The notes: generated by a model not told the origin, from the sequence alone. Counted from the first letter of the whole stretch, positions 12,251-24,914 are shown. The stretch: 63,914 nt of DNA, filler included, from Chiloscyllium plagiosum (GCF_004010195.1; 4 parts of one record of this genome joined end to end with filler, not necessarily neighbours in it); one strand, 5' to 3'. Program-made: numbers and translations.

Positions 12251-13442
12251 AGTAAACTATCTACTACTTTACAAGATACAATCGTCTCATACTTACTTAA
12301 CGCAAATTAAATGAAGTGAAATTGAATTAAATTACAATTAAATGACATTTCATTATGTTACTCCACTTGCTGCATCTGCACCGAAGCTTCCACCCACAGG
12401 AGCAACAGTTATTGTGCCCGTACTTACTAAGCCTTCTTCCTCCAGGGCCCCTGGACTGCCAAATCCGGCCTCCATGGCGATTCTAAGGCCCTAATCAGTA
12501 TCACTGACAAATCCATGTGTATGTAATTTAAAAAGGGCTGCCACTTCTTATGAAATTGCTCGGTTCTATGGTGCACCATAGAGGGGAGGTGCTCCATCAC
12601 GAGTCTGCGCCGCCCCGTAGGACCTGGGGGTTTTTCTCATGTCCAGTTCATTAGAATGTTCTTCCTTGCACAGTGTGTAAGAATTTTAAATAACCTCTTC
12701 CCATGCTCACCAGAGGGGGCAGATTTGGCAGTCCCAAAAGAAGGAATATCAGGTCCACCTTAACTTCAATTCCCAGGATCTTCTCCAACTCATTCACTCT
12801 ATCACCCAGTATCCACAAATCTTGTAACATGATCAGAGGCAATGTGTAAGGGTGCCTGTACTAACTTTACAGTTAGGACATCCTGGAGAAGATCCTTTCA
12901 TAAACTTAGCTATTATTAACTGCTTCTCTTCATAGTGCTGGAGTCACACTAGGACCAAGCAGTGGCACTGATCCGACCTGGACCTGCGCATAACAATCCA
13001 GTGGGTCTGCTCCACACTTATCTGGCCTGATTCGATCTCCAGCCCCAGAAACTTTGGGAGCCACTGCTCCAAGAATCCAACCAGAATCTCGCCCTTCTCA
13101 TGCTCCGGAAGACCGACAGCCCGTAAGTTTTTCCTCTGACGTTGTTTTTCAAAGTCGTCAACCTGGTCCAATAGGCCTTCCAGAATTTGGAACTGCCCCT
13201 CCGAGTCTCTGTTGCGGTCTCCGATGCTGCAGTCCTTTGCTCCATGCCTCGATCCAACGTCTGGATCTCCTGTTCATGCTTTTTTAGCATGGCAGAGATC
13301 AGCTCCAGCGCCAGCGCCGTTTCAATTTTTTCTCGGAGTTTATAAACTCCGAAAGTAGATGCTGCTGCTCCACTGGGTTCAAAGGCGCTGCCGTGGGAGT
13401 CGAAGCGGCGGCTGCGGGTGTGCCTGACACAGTAGAGGAATG

Positions 13443-13602
13443 AGCTGGAAATGTGTTGCTGGAAAAGCGCAGCAGGTCAGGCAGCATCCAGGGAACAGGA
13501 GAATCGACGTTTCGGGCATAAACCCTTCTTCAGAAGGGTTGCTGCGCTTTTCCAGCAACACTTCCAGCTCTGATCTCCAGCATCTGCAGACCTCACTTTC
13601 TC
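13443..13602. mobile_element. Penelope-like fold-back mini-insertion inside L1 ORF1
   Basis: Inverted arms; TSD CACAGTAGAGGAATG at 13428-13442 and 13603-13617; minus-strand CTGAAGA-AGGGT-TTAT-GCCC-GAAACGTC at 13506-13533. Confidence 0.8.
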
Positions 13603-13838
13603 CACAGTAGAGGAATGCTCTGCCTGCTGTGATCCTTTCACTCCCTTTCCTTTGTTCATCTTCATCTCTATCCTAGAGCTTCCAAATCAAAATGTAAGAG
13701 ATTCTAGATACTTTGCCTGCTTTGTGCTACCAATTTTTCTTTGGGGTGGCTAATGAGGGGGGGTGTAGAAGTCTACTTTGCCCAGGGTATGGCAGACTTT
13801 TCAGACTGCCGCCATCTTGGATCACCCCATCACATCCA

Positions 13839-14733
13839 TTCTTAATAACCCTATCAACTTGGATAGCAACTGCCTAATAGCAGTATAATATCCCCTCCCC
13901 CAATAAATACTTCCCATACTGTCTGTTTCTATCCCTCTCCATGGCGATGGTAAAGGTGAGGCAGTTGTGGTCATCATCACCAAAATGCTCTCCCACTGAC
14001 AGATCTAACAACTGGCTTGATTCGTTGCCTAGCACCAAATCCAATATGGCGTGCCCCCTCATTGGCCTATCTAAATATTGAGTCAGGAATCCTTCCTGGA
14101 AAAACCTGACAAAATCAGTTACATCCAGATCATTTGCATTAAGGAGGTTCCAATCAATATTGGGCATGTTAAAGTCACTCATAAAAACAATTCTGTTACA
14201 TCTGCACCTTTCCAAGATCTGCTGTCCAATCTATTCTTCCATCTCTCAACTGCTATTGGGAGGGTCTATAGAAAATGCGCGATAAAGTGACTGCTCCTTT
14301 CCTGTTACTGACTTCCACCCATACTGACTCAGTAGACAAACCGTCCTCAACAATCTCCTTTTCTGCAGCTGTGATGCACCACTCTTTAATTACCAATGCT
14401 ACCCCCCCTCCTCTTTTACCCCCCCTTTGTTCTTTTTAAAAGATCTAAACTGTGGCATATCCAGCAACCATTCCTGTCCCTGTGAAATCCATGTCTTCGT
14501 ATGGCCACAACATTGTAATTCCAAATACTGATACATGCTCTAAGTTCATCACTCTTATTCCTGACACTCCTTGCATTGAAACAGATACACTTTAATCCAT
14601 CCCTTTGCCCTAGCAACTCTGTATCCTTCCTGACAGACTGTCTGCATTCTCTTTCTGCCCATTCAACAAATACCCTCTCCTCTGATCTGTAGCTCTGGTT
14701 CCCATCCCCCTGCCAAAGTTGTTTAAACCCTCC
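13839..14733 (-). mobile_element. CR1 LINE APE endonuclease region
   Basis: SDFNMPNIDW, ILDLVLGNE, GDDDHN and LKCICFNARSVRNK motifs. Confidence 0.9.
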
Positions 14734-15966
14734 TAGAGTCATAGAGTCTTGGAGATGTACAGCATGGAAACAGACCCTTCGGTCCTACTCGTCCATGCTG
14801 ACCAGATATCCCAACCCAATCTAGTCCCACTTGCCAGCACCCGGCCCATATCCTTCCAAACCTTTCCTATTTATATCCCCGCTCAGATACCTTTTAAATG
14901 TTGTAATTGTACCAACCTTCACCACCTCCTCTCGCAGTTCATTCCAAACATTCACCACTCTCTGTGTGAATAAGTTGCCCCTTAGGTCTCTTATATATCT
15001 TTCCCCTCTCACATGAAACCTATGCCCTCTAGTTCTGGACTCCCCCACGCCAGGGAAAAGAATTTGTATAATTACCCTATCCATGTCCTTCATGATTTTG
15101 TAAACCTCTATAAGGTCACTCGTTAGCCTCTAACGCTCTAGGGAAAACAGCCCCAGCCTACTCAACCTCTCCCTATCACTCAAATCCTCCAACCCTGGCA
15201 ACATCCTTGTCAATCTTTTCTGAACCCTTTCAAGTTTTGCAGCATCCTTCCGATAGGAGGGAGACAAGAATTGCACGCAATATTCCAACAGTCGTCTAAC
15301 CAATGTCCTGTACATCCGCAACATGACCTTCCAAATCCTGTACTCAATACTCTGACCAATGAAGGAAAGCATACCAAATGCCTTCTTCACTATCCTATCT
15401 ACCTGCGACTCCACTTTCAAGGAGCTATGAACCTGCTCTCCTAGGTCTCTTTATTCAGCAACACTCCCTAGGACCTTAATATTAAGTTATAAGTCCTGCT
15501 AATATTTACTTTTCCACAATGCAACACCTCGCATTTATCTAAATTAAACTCCACCTGCAACTTCTTAGCCCATTTGCCCAACTGATCAAGATCCCATTGT
15601 AATCTGAGGTAACCTTCCTTGCTGTCCACTACACCTCCAATTTTGGTGTCATCTGCAAACTTACTAACAATACCTCCTATGTTCACATCCAAATCATTTA
15701 TAAACATGATGAAAAGTAGTGGCCCTATCACCGATCCTTGTGGCACTCCACTGGTCACGGGCCTCCAATCTTAAAAACAATCCTCCACCACCACCCTCTG
15801 TCTTCTACCTTCGAGCCAGTTCTGTATCCAAATGGCTAGTTCTCCCTGTTTTCCATGAGATCTAACCTTGCTAACTAGTCTCCCATGGGGAACCTTGTTG
15901 AATGCCTTACTGAAGTCCATAGAGATCAGATCCACCACGCTGCCCTCATCAATCCTCTTTGTTACT
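14734..15966 (-). mobile_element. HER1/CR1 3' fragment nested in another CR1
   Basis: (CATAGAGT)-like tail; DFSKAFNKVPH, GVPQGSVIGP and FADDTK motifs; 5' truncated. Confidence 0.9.
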
Positions 15967-17252
15967 GAAGTGTTCTGGTATACCACCCAGGACATTGGTG
16001 CTTCTCCAGTTTAAGTGCAACCCATCCATCATGAACAGGTCTCACCTTCCCCAGAAGTTGCCCCAATGATCTATGCATCTGAAGTCCTCCCTTTTGCACA
16101 AGCCCTGTAGCCATGTGTTTAGCTGCACTCGCTGTCTGTTCCTCACCTCACTGGCAAGTGACACTAGTAGTAATCCTGAGAGTACTACTCTGCTCGTCCT
16201 ACATTTTACCTTCCAACCAACTCCCTGAAATTACTTTTTAGATCCTCATCCCTTTTCCTGACTATATCATTGGAGCCAGTATGCACCACGACTTCTGGCT
16301 GCTCACCCTCCCCCTTCAGAATCTTGTAGACTCAGTCAGAGACATCCTGGACCCTGGCATCTGGGAGGCAACATACCTTCCAGGAGTCCTGTTTGCGACC
16401 ACAGAATCTCCTGTCCATTCCTCTAACTATTGAATCTCTTGCCACGAGTGCTTTTTTACTTTCCCCCTTCCCTTCTGAGCCACAGAGCCAGGCTCAGTGC
16501 CAGAGACCTGGCTACTATGGCTTTTCCCGGTAGGCCGTCTGCCCCAACAGTATCCAAATTGGTATCCTTATTATTGAGGAGAATGACCATAGGGGATACC
16601 TGCACTGTCTGCCTGTTCCCTATCCGTCCCCTGACTGTAACCATCTACCTCTTTCCGCACCTGAGGTGAGACTGTAGCATCTCTCTATTACTCCCTCCCC
16701 CTCCTGAGAGATCCGAAGTTCACCCAGCTCCAGCTCCAGTTCCCTAATGTGGTTTCTGAGGAACTGACGTTGGGTGCACTTACCACAGATGAAGTCAGTG
16801 GGGACGCTAGTGTTGACCCTTACCTCCCATATCCTACAAGAGGAGCATGCAACTGCCCTAACGTTCATTCCCACTGTTCTGAATTCCCAAAGAGACTATT
16901 GAAAAAAACTAGTAACCTTACCGAATCAGAGCACAGAACCATTTATTTTTGGTTAGAGGAGAAGGATGGGTGGGAGACACTACCTAAGTAACTTTTCGGG
17001 TAAAGTAACCATCCAAATATATTACCTCACTTACTCAGCAGTCCTGTGTCTGCTCCAGTTCCTCCTATTCACAAGATAAGTTATTAAAGTATTCCCGGTG
17101 GGCCCTTGGTTCTCTATCTCACCGCTCCGGCTGCTGCTGCAAAAATGGAGGCTGCTGATCCTATGAGGTAAGTTTATTAAGGAGGAATTTATCTTCCCGG
17201 CAACCCCCTGGTCCTCACTCTCACCACTCCGGCTGCTGCTGCAAAAATGGAT
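15967..17252 (-). mobile_element. CR1 ORF1 (Cys-rich finger plus esterase) and 5' region
   Basis: CSSCRIWE...FICGKC; esterase remnants at 16020-16440; duplicated ~32-bp motif CTCACC(G/A)CTCCGGCTGCTGCTGCAAAAATGGA at ~17118 and ~17220. Confidence 0.8.
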
Positions 17253-17329
17253 AATAAATGGACCATAAAAATTCATAACATAAGGAGCATAAAATCTGAC
17301 AAACATTTATTGCAATTAACTATTGTTTC

Positions 17330-18135
17330 CAAACATTACATTCCTCAGGCATATGTTGTATTTAATTTTGGATTGAAGAAAGGATAGATCAGGATACCTT
17401 CGAGATGATATGAACTTAAAAACAGTGGATGTCCAAAGATAATTCAGAGTTCGGGTGTGCAAATCTTTAAAATGCCACAAATTGGTACAGAAAATAATCA
17501 AGAAGGCTAATTGAATGTTGCCCTTTCTATCTAGAGGACTGGAGTAAAGAAAACAGAGGTTATTCTGCAGTTATACAAACTGTTGGTTAAACTCCATTTG
17601 GAGTACTGTGAACAGATATGGGCACCGCACTTTAAGAAGGATATATTGGCATTAGAGGGAGTACAATGAAAATTTACAAGAATAATACCCAGACTTAAGG
17701 GGTTAAGTTACGAGGAGTGATTATCAAATTAGGCCTGTTTACTCCCAAATTTAGAAACTTAAAAGTGATCTAATCAAACTCTTCAAAATAATAACAGAAA
17801 AAGATGGGGTCATAAGACAAACCATTTCCATTGTTTGGGGATTCCGGAACTAGGACCCATACCTTTAAAAAGTAGATTCAGACCATTCAGGAGAAATGTT
17901 AGGAAGCATTTTGACACATAAAAGGTGATAGAGATTTGGAACTCTCTTCCACAAACAGCAGGGGATGTTGCATCTGTTGTTAATTTTAAATCTGAGTTAG
18001 ATTATGTTTTGTTGAGCAAAGGTAGTAAGGGATATGGGCCAATGACAGGTATATGGAGTTAGGCTATAGATCAGTCACAATCTCATTGAATGGCAGAACA
18101 GGCTTGAATAATCTGCTCCTGTTCTGGTGTTCCTA
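17330..18135 (+). mobile_element. Decayed CR1 3' fragment
   Basis: Recognisable LEYC/W-PH-KKD region and CR1-type 3' end. Confidence 0.7.
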
Positions 18136-18157
18136 TGTAACATTAGCTAATAGTTTA

Positions 18158-18270
18158 TGAAATAACTGCTCAGACACTGGTATCCATCACCAAGTCACCC
18201 TTTATTTATCTGTGCACAGTACACTGGCTGTAGCCAGCCAGTTCAGAGTCAGTCCACTGAACTGAAGAGT
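18158..18270 (-). mobile_element. Gypsy LTR 3' fragment
   Basis: Reverse complement ...TGCACAGATAAATAAAGGGTGACTTGGTG...GTTATTTCA continues the LTR that is truncated at 24490. Confidence 0.6.
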
Positions 18271-19244
18271 TTCTAAAGCCCTTCATTGTGATTTTCTCAT
18301 CCCATGACAACTTAATGGACAAGATTAGCTATGCTGGGGCAACATCAGAATCTTGGAGATCTACAGCGGGTCAAAGAGGGTTTTGATCTAGCATTGATGG
18401 CTTTTGGCAATTTGTTTTCTTTGCTACTCTCATATGCCTTCAGGTCATCTACTGAGGGTGTCTAAATGCATAATAGAACTAATGGAAAAGATGTTCAAGC
18501 TCGCTTGCCTAAGATCCAATTCAAGAATCAACCAACAGGTATGCATCAGAGTTACTATACAACCCCGGAAACTGTATAGTCACAGTAGTAATTCTGTACT
18601 TATATTAATGTCAGACAAATTACCTTCCCAGATAAAAGAAGTCAAGTTTCTTCAACTCAATTGAAGAGGCTTTCTCAGGCATTTATATGCATGAATCCAG
18701 ACATGAAGTGCAACAGTGCTCATCAGAGTATTGCTTAATGTTGACATTGCTATCTCCATTGTATAGTGAGGAACATCTTCAACTGAAAATGGAAGATTTT
18801 CTCATACCTGTAAAAAGCTTGCGTTGATCATGAACAAAAACATCAAGAAGTTAAATGTCATGGTCTAGGATTTTGAAATGCTTGCATCAGTCAACACTGA
18901 CAACACTGGACAGTATGGATTCTAAACATGTGAAGCTATCAACAATCGCCAGCAAACATTCATTTAATGCTGAAGTCAGCAGATGCATGGTAAAATCTGC
19001 AACTGTATGTCCAATCTTAATGAGAAATTGCAGAATATTGTCAAACTGAGAACAACTCTAAGTCAACCAAGACTGCATCGCCAGTGCATTTCTTTTGTTA
19101 CACTGGTCAGAACTGGAAAATGTGTACTAGACAGGAAAAAGACTGAACAGTTTCCACTTTTGCTCTCTTTGGCATCCCTTGGCAGTATAAAGTCGCCAAT
19201 TCAAAAGTCCTGGAGCATGCTAATTGCATGAGCATACTCACATA

Positions 19245-19593
19245 TTTAAAAAAAATCATTCACAGAGTGTGGATATCATTGGCTGGGCCAACATTTACTG
19301 CCTATCTTTAATTGCTCAAAGGACAGTTAAGATTCAGCACATTGCAATGGGTTTGAAGTCACATGACAAGGACAGGAGATTTATTTCTTCAAAGACAATA
19401 GGGAACTACATGAGTTTTTCCGACAATTAGCAATGGTTTCATGGTCAATATTAGACTCTTAATTCCAGACTATTTTTTATTAAATTCAATTTCTACTCTC
19501 TGCCGTGGTGGGATTTGTACTTGGGTCTACAGAACATTACCTGAGTCTCTGGATTAATAGTCTAGCAATAATACCACCAGGCTATCACCTCCC
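19245..19593 (-). mobile_element. tRNA-derived SINE sharing head and tail with the single-ORF LINE
   Basis: A-box-like TAGCCTGGTGG and B-box-like GTACAAATCCC; tail matches the LINE 3' end. Confidence 0.7.
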
Positions 19594-19905
19594 TGACTCA
19601 TTACTAAGTCAATGACATTCATGTCAATCTATCAAAATAAATGTCTGGTTAAATGGTCACCCAGTTCTGATGGAGATTGTTAACAGTGTATTTGTGTCAG
19701 TGATTGCAGAACCAGTCTTTATGATAATTTGCTCTGGAGTCCAACCCTTAAATTTGCATCCGAAATCAGCCAGGCTGGAACCTATACTGAGGAACCCCTA
19801 CAGATAAAGGGTACAATTTCGGGTTCCAGTCTCTAATGAGAAGTAGCTGGTTCAGTTCCACTAAATGAAGTAAAAGGCTCGATCCCAGCTTGATGGGGCA
19901 CAATT

Positions 19906-20128
19906 GGGGCAGCACAATGGCACAGTGGTTAGCACTGCTGCCTCACAGCACCAGGGTCCCAGATTTGATTCCAGCCTCGGTGACTGTCTGTGTGGAGTTT
20001 GCACATTCTCCTTGTGTCTGCTTGGTTTCCTCCGAGTGCTCCGGTTTCCTCCCACAGTCCAAAGATGTGCAGGTCAGGTGAATTGGCCATGTTAAGTTGC
20101 CTGTAGTGTTAGGTACATGAGTCAGAGG
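19906..20128 (+). mobile_element. HE1-like SINE (truncated)
   Basis: TGGCACAGTGGTTAGCACTGCTGCCTCACAGC head and TGTGTGGAGTTTGCACATTCTC body. Confidence 0.9.
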
Positions 20129-20164
20129 TACATTATTTCCCAGCTAAGGTGTACACGGTGCACT

Positions 20165-20461
20165 GGGCACAGTGGCACAGTGGTTAGCACTGCTGCCTCA
20201 CAGTACCAGAGACCTGGGTTCAATTCTTGTCTCAGGCAACTGTCTGTGTGGAGTTTGCACATTCTCCCCGTGTCTGCGTGGGTTTCCTCTGGGTGCTCCG
20301 GTTTCCTCCCACAGTCCAGAAATGTGCAGGTTAGGTGAATTGGCCATGCTAAATTGCCCATAGTGTTAGGTGTAGGGGAATGGGTCTAGTTGGGTTGTGC
20401 TTCGGCGGGTCGGTGTGGACTTGTTGGGTCGAAGGGCCTGGTTCCACACTGTAAGTAATCT
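20165..20461 (+). mobile_element. HE1-like SINE
   Basis: Head with A/B boxes, V-SINE-like core and HER1-like tail. Confidence 0.9.
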
Positions 20462-20635
20462 AAAACCTGCCTAGAAAACATTTTAGCACTCCACCCACGT
20501 TCTCTAAATGCTCTTTATTGGTCTTATATAATGTTCTCCATTGTCCATTGGAAAATAGCATAGGCTGATGATGGCAAAAGGCACAAACCTTTATGAGTAT
20601 TAATTGTAGCATGCTTTTGGGAATCCTCAGCTAAT

Positions 20636-20886
20636 TTAAGGTGATTGGTGGAAGGTTTAGGGGAGATGTCAGATGTAGTTTCTTTACATAGAGAGTGGTG
20701 GGTGCATAGAATGTACTGCCATTAATGGTAGTAGGGTCAAATACGTTAGGGACATTTAAGCGATTCTTGGACAGGTACATGGAAGATATTACAATGAAGG
20801 TTATGTGGTTAGAGTAGGATAAAAGGTCGGCACAACGTCAAGGACTAAAAGACTTGTACTGTGCTGTACTATTCTATGTTCTCTGT
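20636..20886 (+). mobile_element. CR1 3' fragment inserted in Gypsy RT
   Basis: FFT-RVVG-like region ending TTCTATGTTCTCTG. Confidence 0.8.
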
Positions 20887-21329
20887 AATTGCAATTGCTC
20901 ACATGGCTCATGTCCAGCTTCATGAAGGACAACCATCCCCCTACTCCCATCCCACCCCAGCCAGTTTTACATATGTGCTGTATGTGTATTTATCCAGCTG
21001 TGGGAAGCAGTTTACTGTTTGGTTAAAATACCCACAAAGGCGAACTGACCCATTGGGCTTCACAATTGGTACAACCGATGTCCATTCCAAAAACTACCGG
21101 TTTGATGATTCCTTCACTTCCCAGCCTCCTGATGTCTGCCTATACTTTTGCATTTAAAGCAAGTGGCACAGGTAGGCCTTGGTGGATCATGAAAATACTT
21201 CTTGGTCAACATGTAAGGTTACCTTGGCTCCTATGATAGTCCTTAGACCTTCTTGAAAACTTCCAGGTATTTCCTTAGGATTTCATTCAGCCATTTTCTA
21301 ATTGAAACATATTGTGCCAATCAAGATAA

Positions 21330-21652
21330 GATTAGATTACATACAGTGTGGAAACAGGCCCTTTGGCCCAATTAGTCCACACCAACCGTCCGAAGAGTAA
21401 CCCACACCAACCCATTTCCCTCTGACTAATGTACCTAACACTACAGGCCAATACACTACCTAATAACATGGCCAATTCACCTGACCTGCACATCTTTGGA
21501 CTGTGGGAGGAAACCGGAGCACTCGGAGGAAACCCACGCAGACACAAGGAGAATGTGCAAACTCCACACAGACAGTCACCGAGACTGGAATCAAATCTGG
21601 GACCCTGGTGCTGTGTGGCAGCAGTGCTAACCACTGTGCCATCGTGCTGCCC
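21330..21652 (-). mobile_element. HE1-like SINE
   Basis: Reverse complement of the HE1 head, core and tail. Confidence 0.9.
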
Positions 21653-24292
21653 CAATTGTGCCCCATCAAGCTGGGATCGAGCCTTTTACTTCATTTAGTG
21701 GAACTGAACCAGCTACTTCTCATTAGAGACTGGAACCCGAAATTGTACCCTTTATCTGTAGGGGTTCCTCAGTATAGGTTGCAGCCTGGCTGATTTCTTA
21801 TGCAAATTTAAGGGTTGGACTCCAGAGCAAATTATCATAAAGACTGGTTCTGCAATCACTGACACAAATACACTGTTAACAATCTCCATCAGAACTGGGT
21901 GACCATTTAACCAGACATTTATTTTGATAGATTGACATGAATGTTATTGACTTAGTAATGAGTCAGGGAGGTGATAGCCTGGTGGTATTTTTGCTAGACT
22001 ATTAATCCAGAGACTCAGGTAATGTTCTGTAGACCCAAGTACAAATCCCACCATGGCAGAGAGTAGAAATTGAATTTAATAAAAAATAGTCTGGAATTAA
22101 GAGTCTAATATTGACCATGAAACCATTGCTAATTGTCGGAAAAACTCATGTAGTTCCCTATTGTCTTTAACTTAGGCTATAAAGTTGACAAGACCAGATT
22201 ACACTCACTGGAAGATGAAATGATGGCAATCAAAGGTTCTCCGGTTTCCATATCTGTACCAGAACTGAGATCTTTCCTTGGGTTGGGGAATTATTGCAGA
22301 AAATTCATATGTAACCTGGCCTCCTTCCTGACTGCCTTACATCTGCTATTGAAAAAGGGTCAGCCTTGGAAATTATCACCAAGCAAAGATGTAGCTTACA
22401 GGGAAGTGAAGAAGCAGCTATCTTCATCTAAGGTGTTAGCACACTACAATCCCAAGCAAAATGGAAAATGACCATGCAACACCTCCGCATATGGTATTGG
22501 GTGGTGTTGACTCATTGGTGGCCCCGTGGAGTGGAACACTCAATAGCATATGCTTCCCAGACTTTGGCTGATACTGAATGAAAATTTGCCCAGGTAGAGA
22601 AGAAAGGTTTGGCAGTCATCTTCGATGTGAGCTAGATCCCACAATATCTTTAAAGACATAAATTTGTGATAGTGGTGGACCACAGATCCCTATTAGGGTT
22701 ACTAAGAGCGGACAGGGCTTTGTTGCCTGTAGCTTCAGGTTAAGTTCAGTGGTGGCTGTTATTCAGAGTGCGTACAATTACAAGTTTGAACACAGTCTTG
22801 GAGGCCAAATGGTAAATGCAGATACCTTGAGCCACATCCCACTAGTGGATACACCACCAGGCATGCCGCCATGAGAAGAACCCGTTCTGGTTTTGAACTT
22901 TCTGGACACCCTCCCAGACACTGCTGACAATATCAGACTCTAGACACTAAAAGATCCAGTCCTGTCAAAACTAAAACAGCTGGTGGCACTGGGGGAAGCA
23001 AAAGTGCCATCATAACTGGAATTGAAACCTTTCTGGACCCTGCAAAACCAGATCACTATAAAGGATGGCATATTATTATGGGGAGCAAGATTGATTGTCC
23101 TGTGTAAAGGTTGCTGCCAAATACTAGCTGAATTCCACCACAGTCATCCAGGTTTTCCAAACTGAAGATTTCGGCGAGCAGTTATGTCTGGTGACCAAGA
23201 TTGAATGTTGACCTAGCCGCATTGGTGGGTCACTACCCAGAGGGGCAACAGGGACAAAAATTATGATCAGCAGCTCTCCCACATTCATGGGAATGGCTGG
23301 GTAAACCTTGGACTTGGTTACACATTGACTATGTCGGTCCTTTCATGGGGTCTCTGTTCTTAGTCATTGTGGTCACCGATTCAAAGTGGTTGGATGTGCA
23401 TGTATAGAGTTCATTTGTCAAACATGGGAATAATGATTGAAAAGCTCTGTGCATATTTTGGAATACACAGACACCTGGAAGTGTTGTTCACGACAATGGG
23501 CCATCACTTACCAGCAGGGAATTTGAGTATTTCCTAAATTCGAATGGCATTCGGCATGTAAGGACAGTTCTATACCATTCATTGTCCAATGGTTTGGCGG
23601 AAAAAGCAATCCAACCTTTAAAGGCAGGCTTAAAGAAACAGTCCACAGCTGCATTCGATACCAAACTGTCTCAGTTCCTGTTTGATTACAGGACCACTCC
23701 TCACAGAATTACAGGGACAGCCCTATTGGAGCTGTTAAAGGGTAGAAGACTCTGCATCAGGTTAAACCTGATCTTTCTGGACCTGGGTGGGGGGGAAGGA
23801 TGAATCAATATCAGGAATACCAATGGCAGATACAAGACTCCTCTCTGCAAGAGAGGCAATTTTCCTCAGGGAACAAAATTTCGTGTTGAAACCATGAACA
23901 TGGCCCTGCGTGGGTAAAAGGCATAATTGATGCAAGACATACAAAGTTTGGGTGGGAGTGGCAGACCTGAACAAGCACATGGACCACATGAAAAATGCAA
24001 CCTCACAAATGTGGCAAGAGCAAAATATACACAGCCCCTCAGAACATTCAACAAGGCTGTCAGACTATGTGGGTTCTCTCCCTCCATCTAGCATTAAAGA
24101 AACCTCTGAGGATGAGATGGACATGACAGACGTTACAGCCTTGATATTGTTATCACGTAAGATGCTCCAAGCACAAGAGTCATGCTATGTTCCAGTACAT
24201 GCTTCCAGTACCTGAGGCTGAGTTGGAGGAACTGGACCTGGTGTGAAAATGCCCCAGGAGAAGCAATGTCTCAGCACTTACAGGAGGAAGGA

Positions 24293-24490
24293 TGTAGTGA
24301 TTGGAATGAGATCAGCCAGGTGGACCTCATAAAATATGAGTTTTCTGACTGGAGCTTTTAACCTGGTCTAATCAGGGAATCCTGGCTAACAGATATGAAA
24401 AGGAGTGTCAGGGGCTCTGTTCTGTTCACCTTTGAAGCTGACTCTAAGCTAGCTGGTTCAGTATCATGTACTATGCACATGTAAATAAAG
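24293..24490 (+). mobile_element. Gypsy 3' LTR, interrupted by a PLE insertion
   Basis: TG start immediately after the polypurine tract; AATAAA near 24484. Confidence 0.75.
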
Positions 24491-24914
24491 CTGGAAATGT
24501 GTTGCTGGAAAAGCGCAGCAGGTCAGGCAGCATCCAGGGAATAGGAGAGTCGACGTTTCGGGCATAAGCCCTTCTTCAGGAATGAGGAAAGTTTGTCCAG
24601 CAGGCTAAGATTCATTCATTCATTCCCCTACGCTCCCGGATTAATGAATTCAACACGCGGCGTGACATCGAACAATTCTTCCGCCGCCTTCGCCTCCGTG
24701 CCTATTTCTTTAACCAAGACTCTCGCCCACCCTCTGACGACCCCTTCTCACGCCTCCAACACACCCCATCCACCTGGACACCCCGTGCTGGCCTCCTACC
24801 TGCCCTCGACCTCTTCATAGCCAACTGCCGCCGCGATATAAACCGCCACCTGAACTCCCCCACCCCTCTCACCCACTCCAACCTCTCACCCTCGGAACGT
24901 GCAGCCCTCCACTC
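24491..24914. mobile_element. Penelope-like element: inverted pseudo-LTR followed by ORF on plus strand
   Basis: Minus-strand CTGAAGA-AGGGC-TTAT-GCCC-GAAACGTC at 24552-24579; plus frame FFRRLRLRAYFFNQDSRPP; ends at a gap. Confidence 0.75.

Larger units (their letters stand above)
11522..13828 (-). mobile_element. Internally deleted L1-clade element
   Basis: 5' GGGGTGATCCAAGATGGCGG; ORF1 motif VDDFEKQRQRKNLRAVGLPE; ORF2 C-terminal CPNC...HCL.SC; A-rich tail at 11522-11550. Confidence 0.75.
19391..22168. repeat. Inverted duplication (arms ~19391-20128 and ~21419-22168)
   Basis: Arms are near-identical reverse complements by direct reading; spacer ~1.3 kb. Confidence 0.95.
19600..24292 (+). 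mobile_element. Rearranged, decayed Ty3/Gypsy pol (protease-RT-RNase H-integrase)
   Basis: Protease-like LNGHPVLMEI...PSLMGHNW at 19640-19906; RT on minus strand at 20463-21325; ELRSFLGLGNYC at 22220+; integrase SNGLAEKAIQ...YRTTPH at 23582+; purine tract CAGGAGGAAGGA at 24281-24292. Confidence 0.85.

Noticed and set aside
19861..21793. Repeated MAQWLALLPHS / MGGNRSTRRK ORFs and tRNA-like heads
   Set aside because: Translations of HE1 SINE copies; the heads are SINE promoters, not tRNA genes
19391..22168. Long inverted arms as TIRs of a Polinton, foldback or other DNA transposon
   Set aside because: Arms consist of SINE and Gypsy protease fragments, with no TSD or transposase
18158..24490. 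LTR pieces at 18158 and 24293 as the paired LTRs of one provirus
   Set aside because: Opposite orientation, diverged, and no TSD or PBS found
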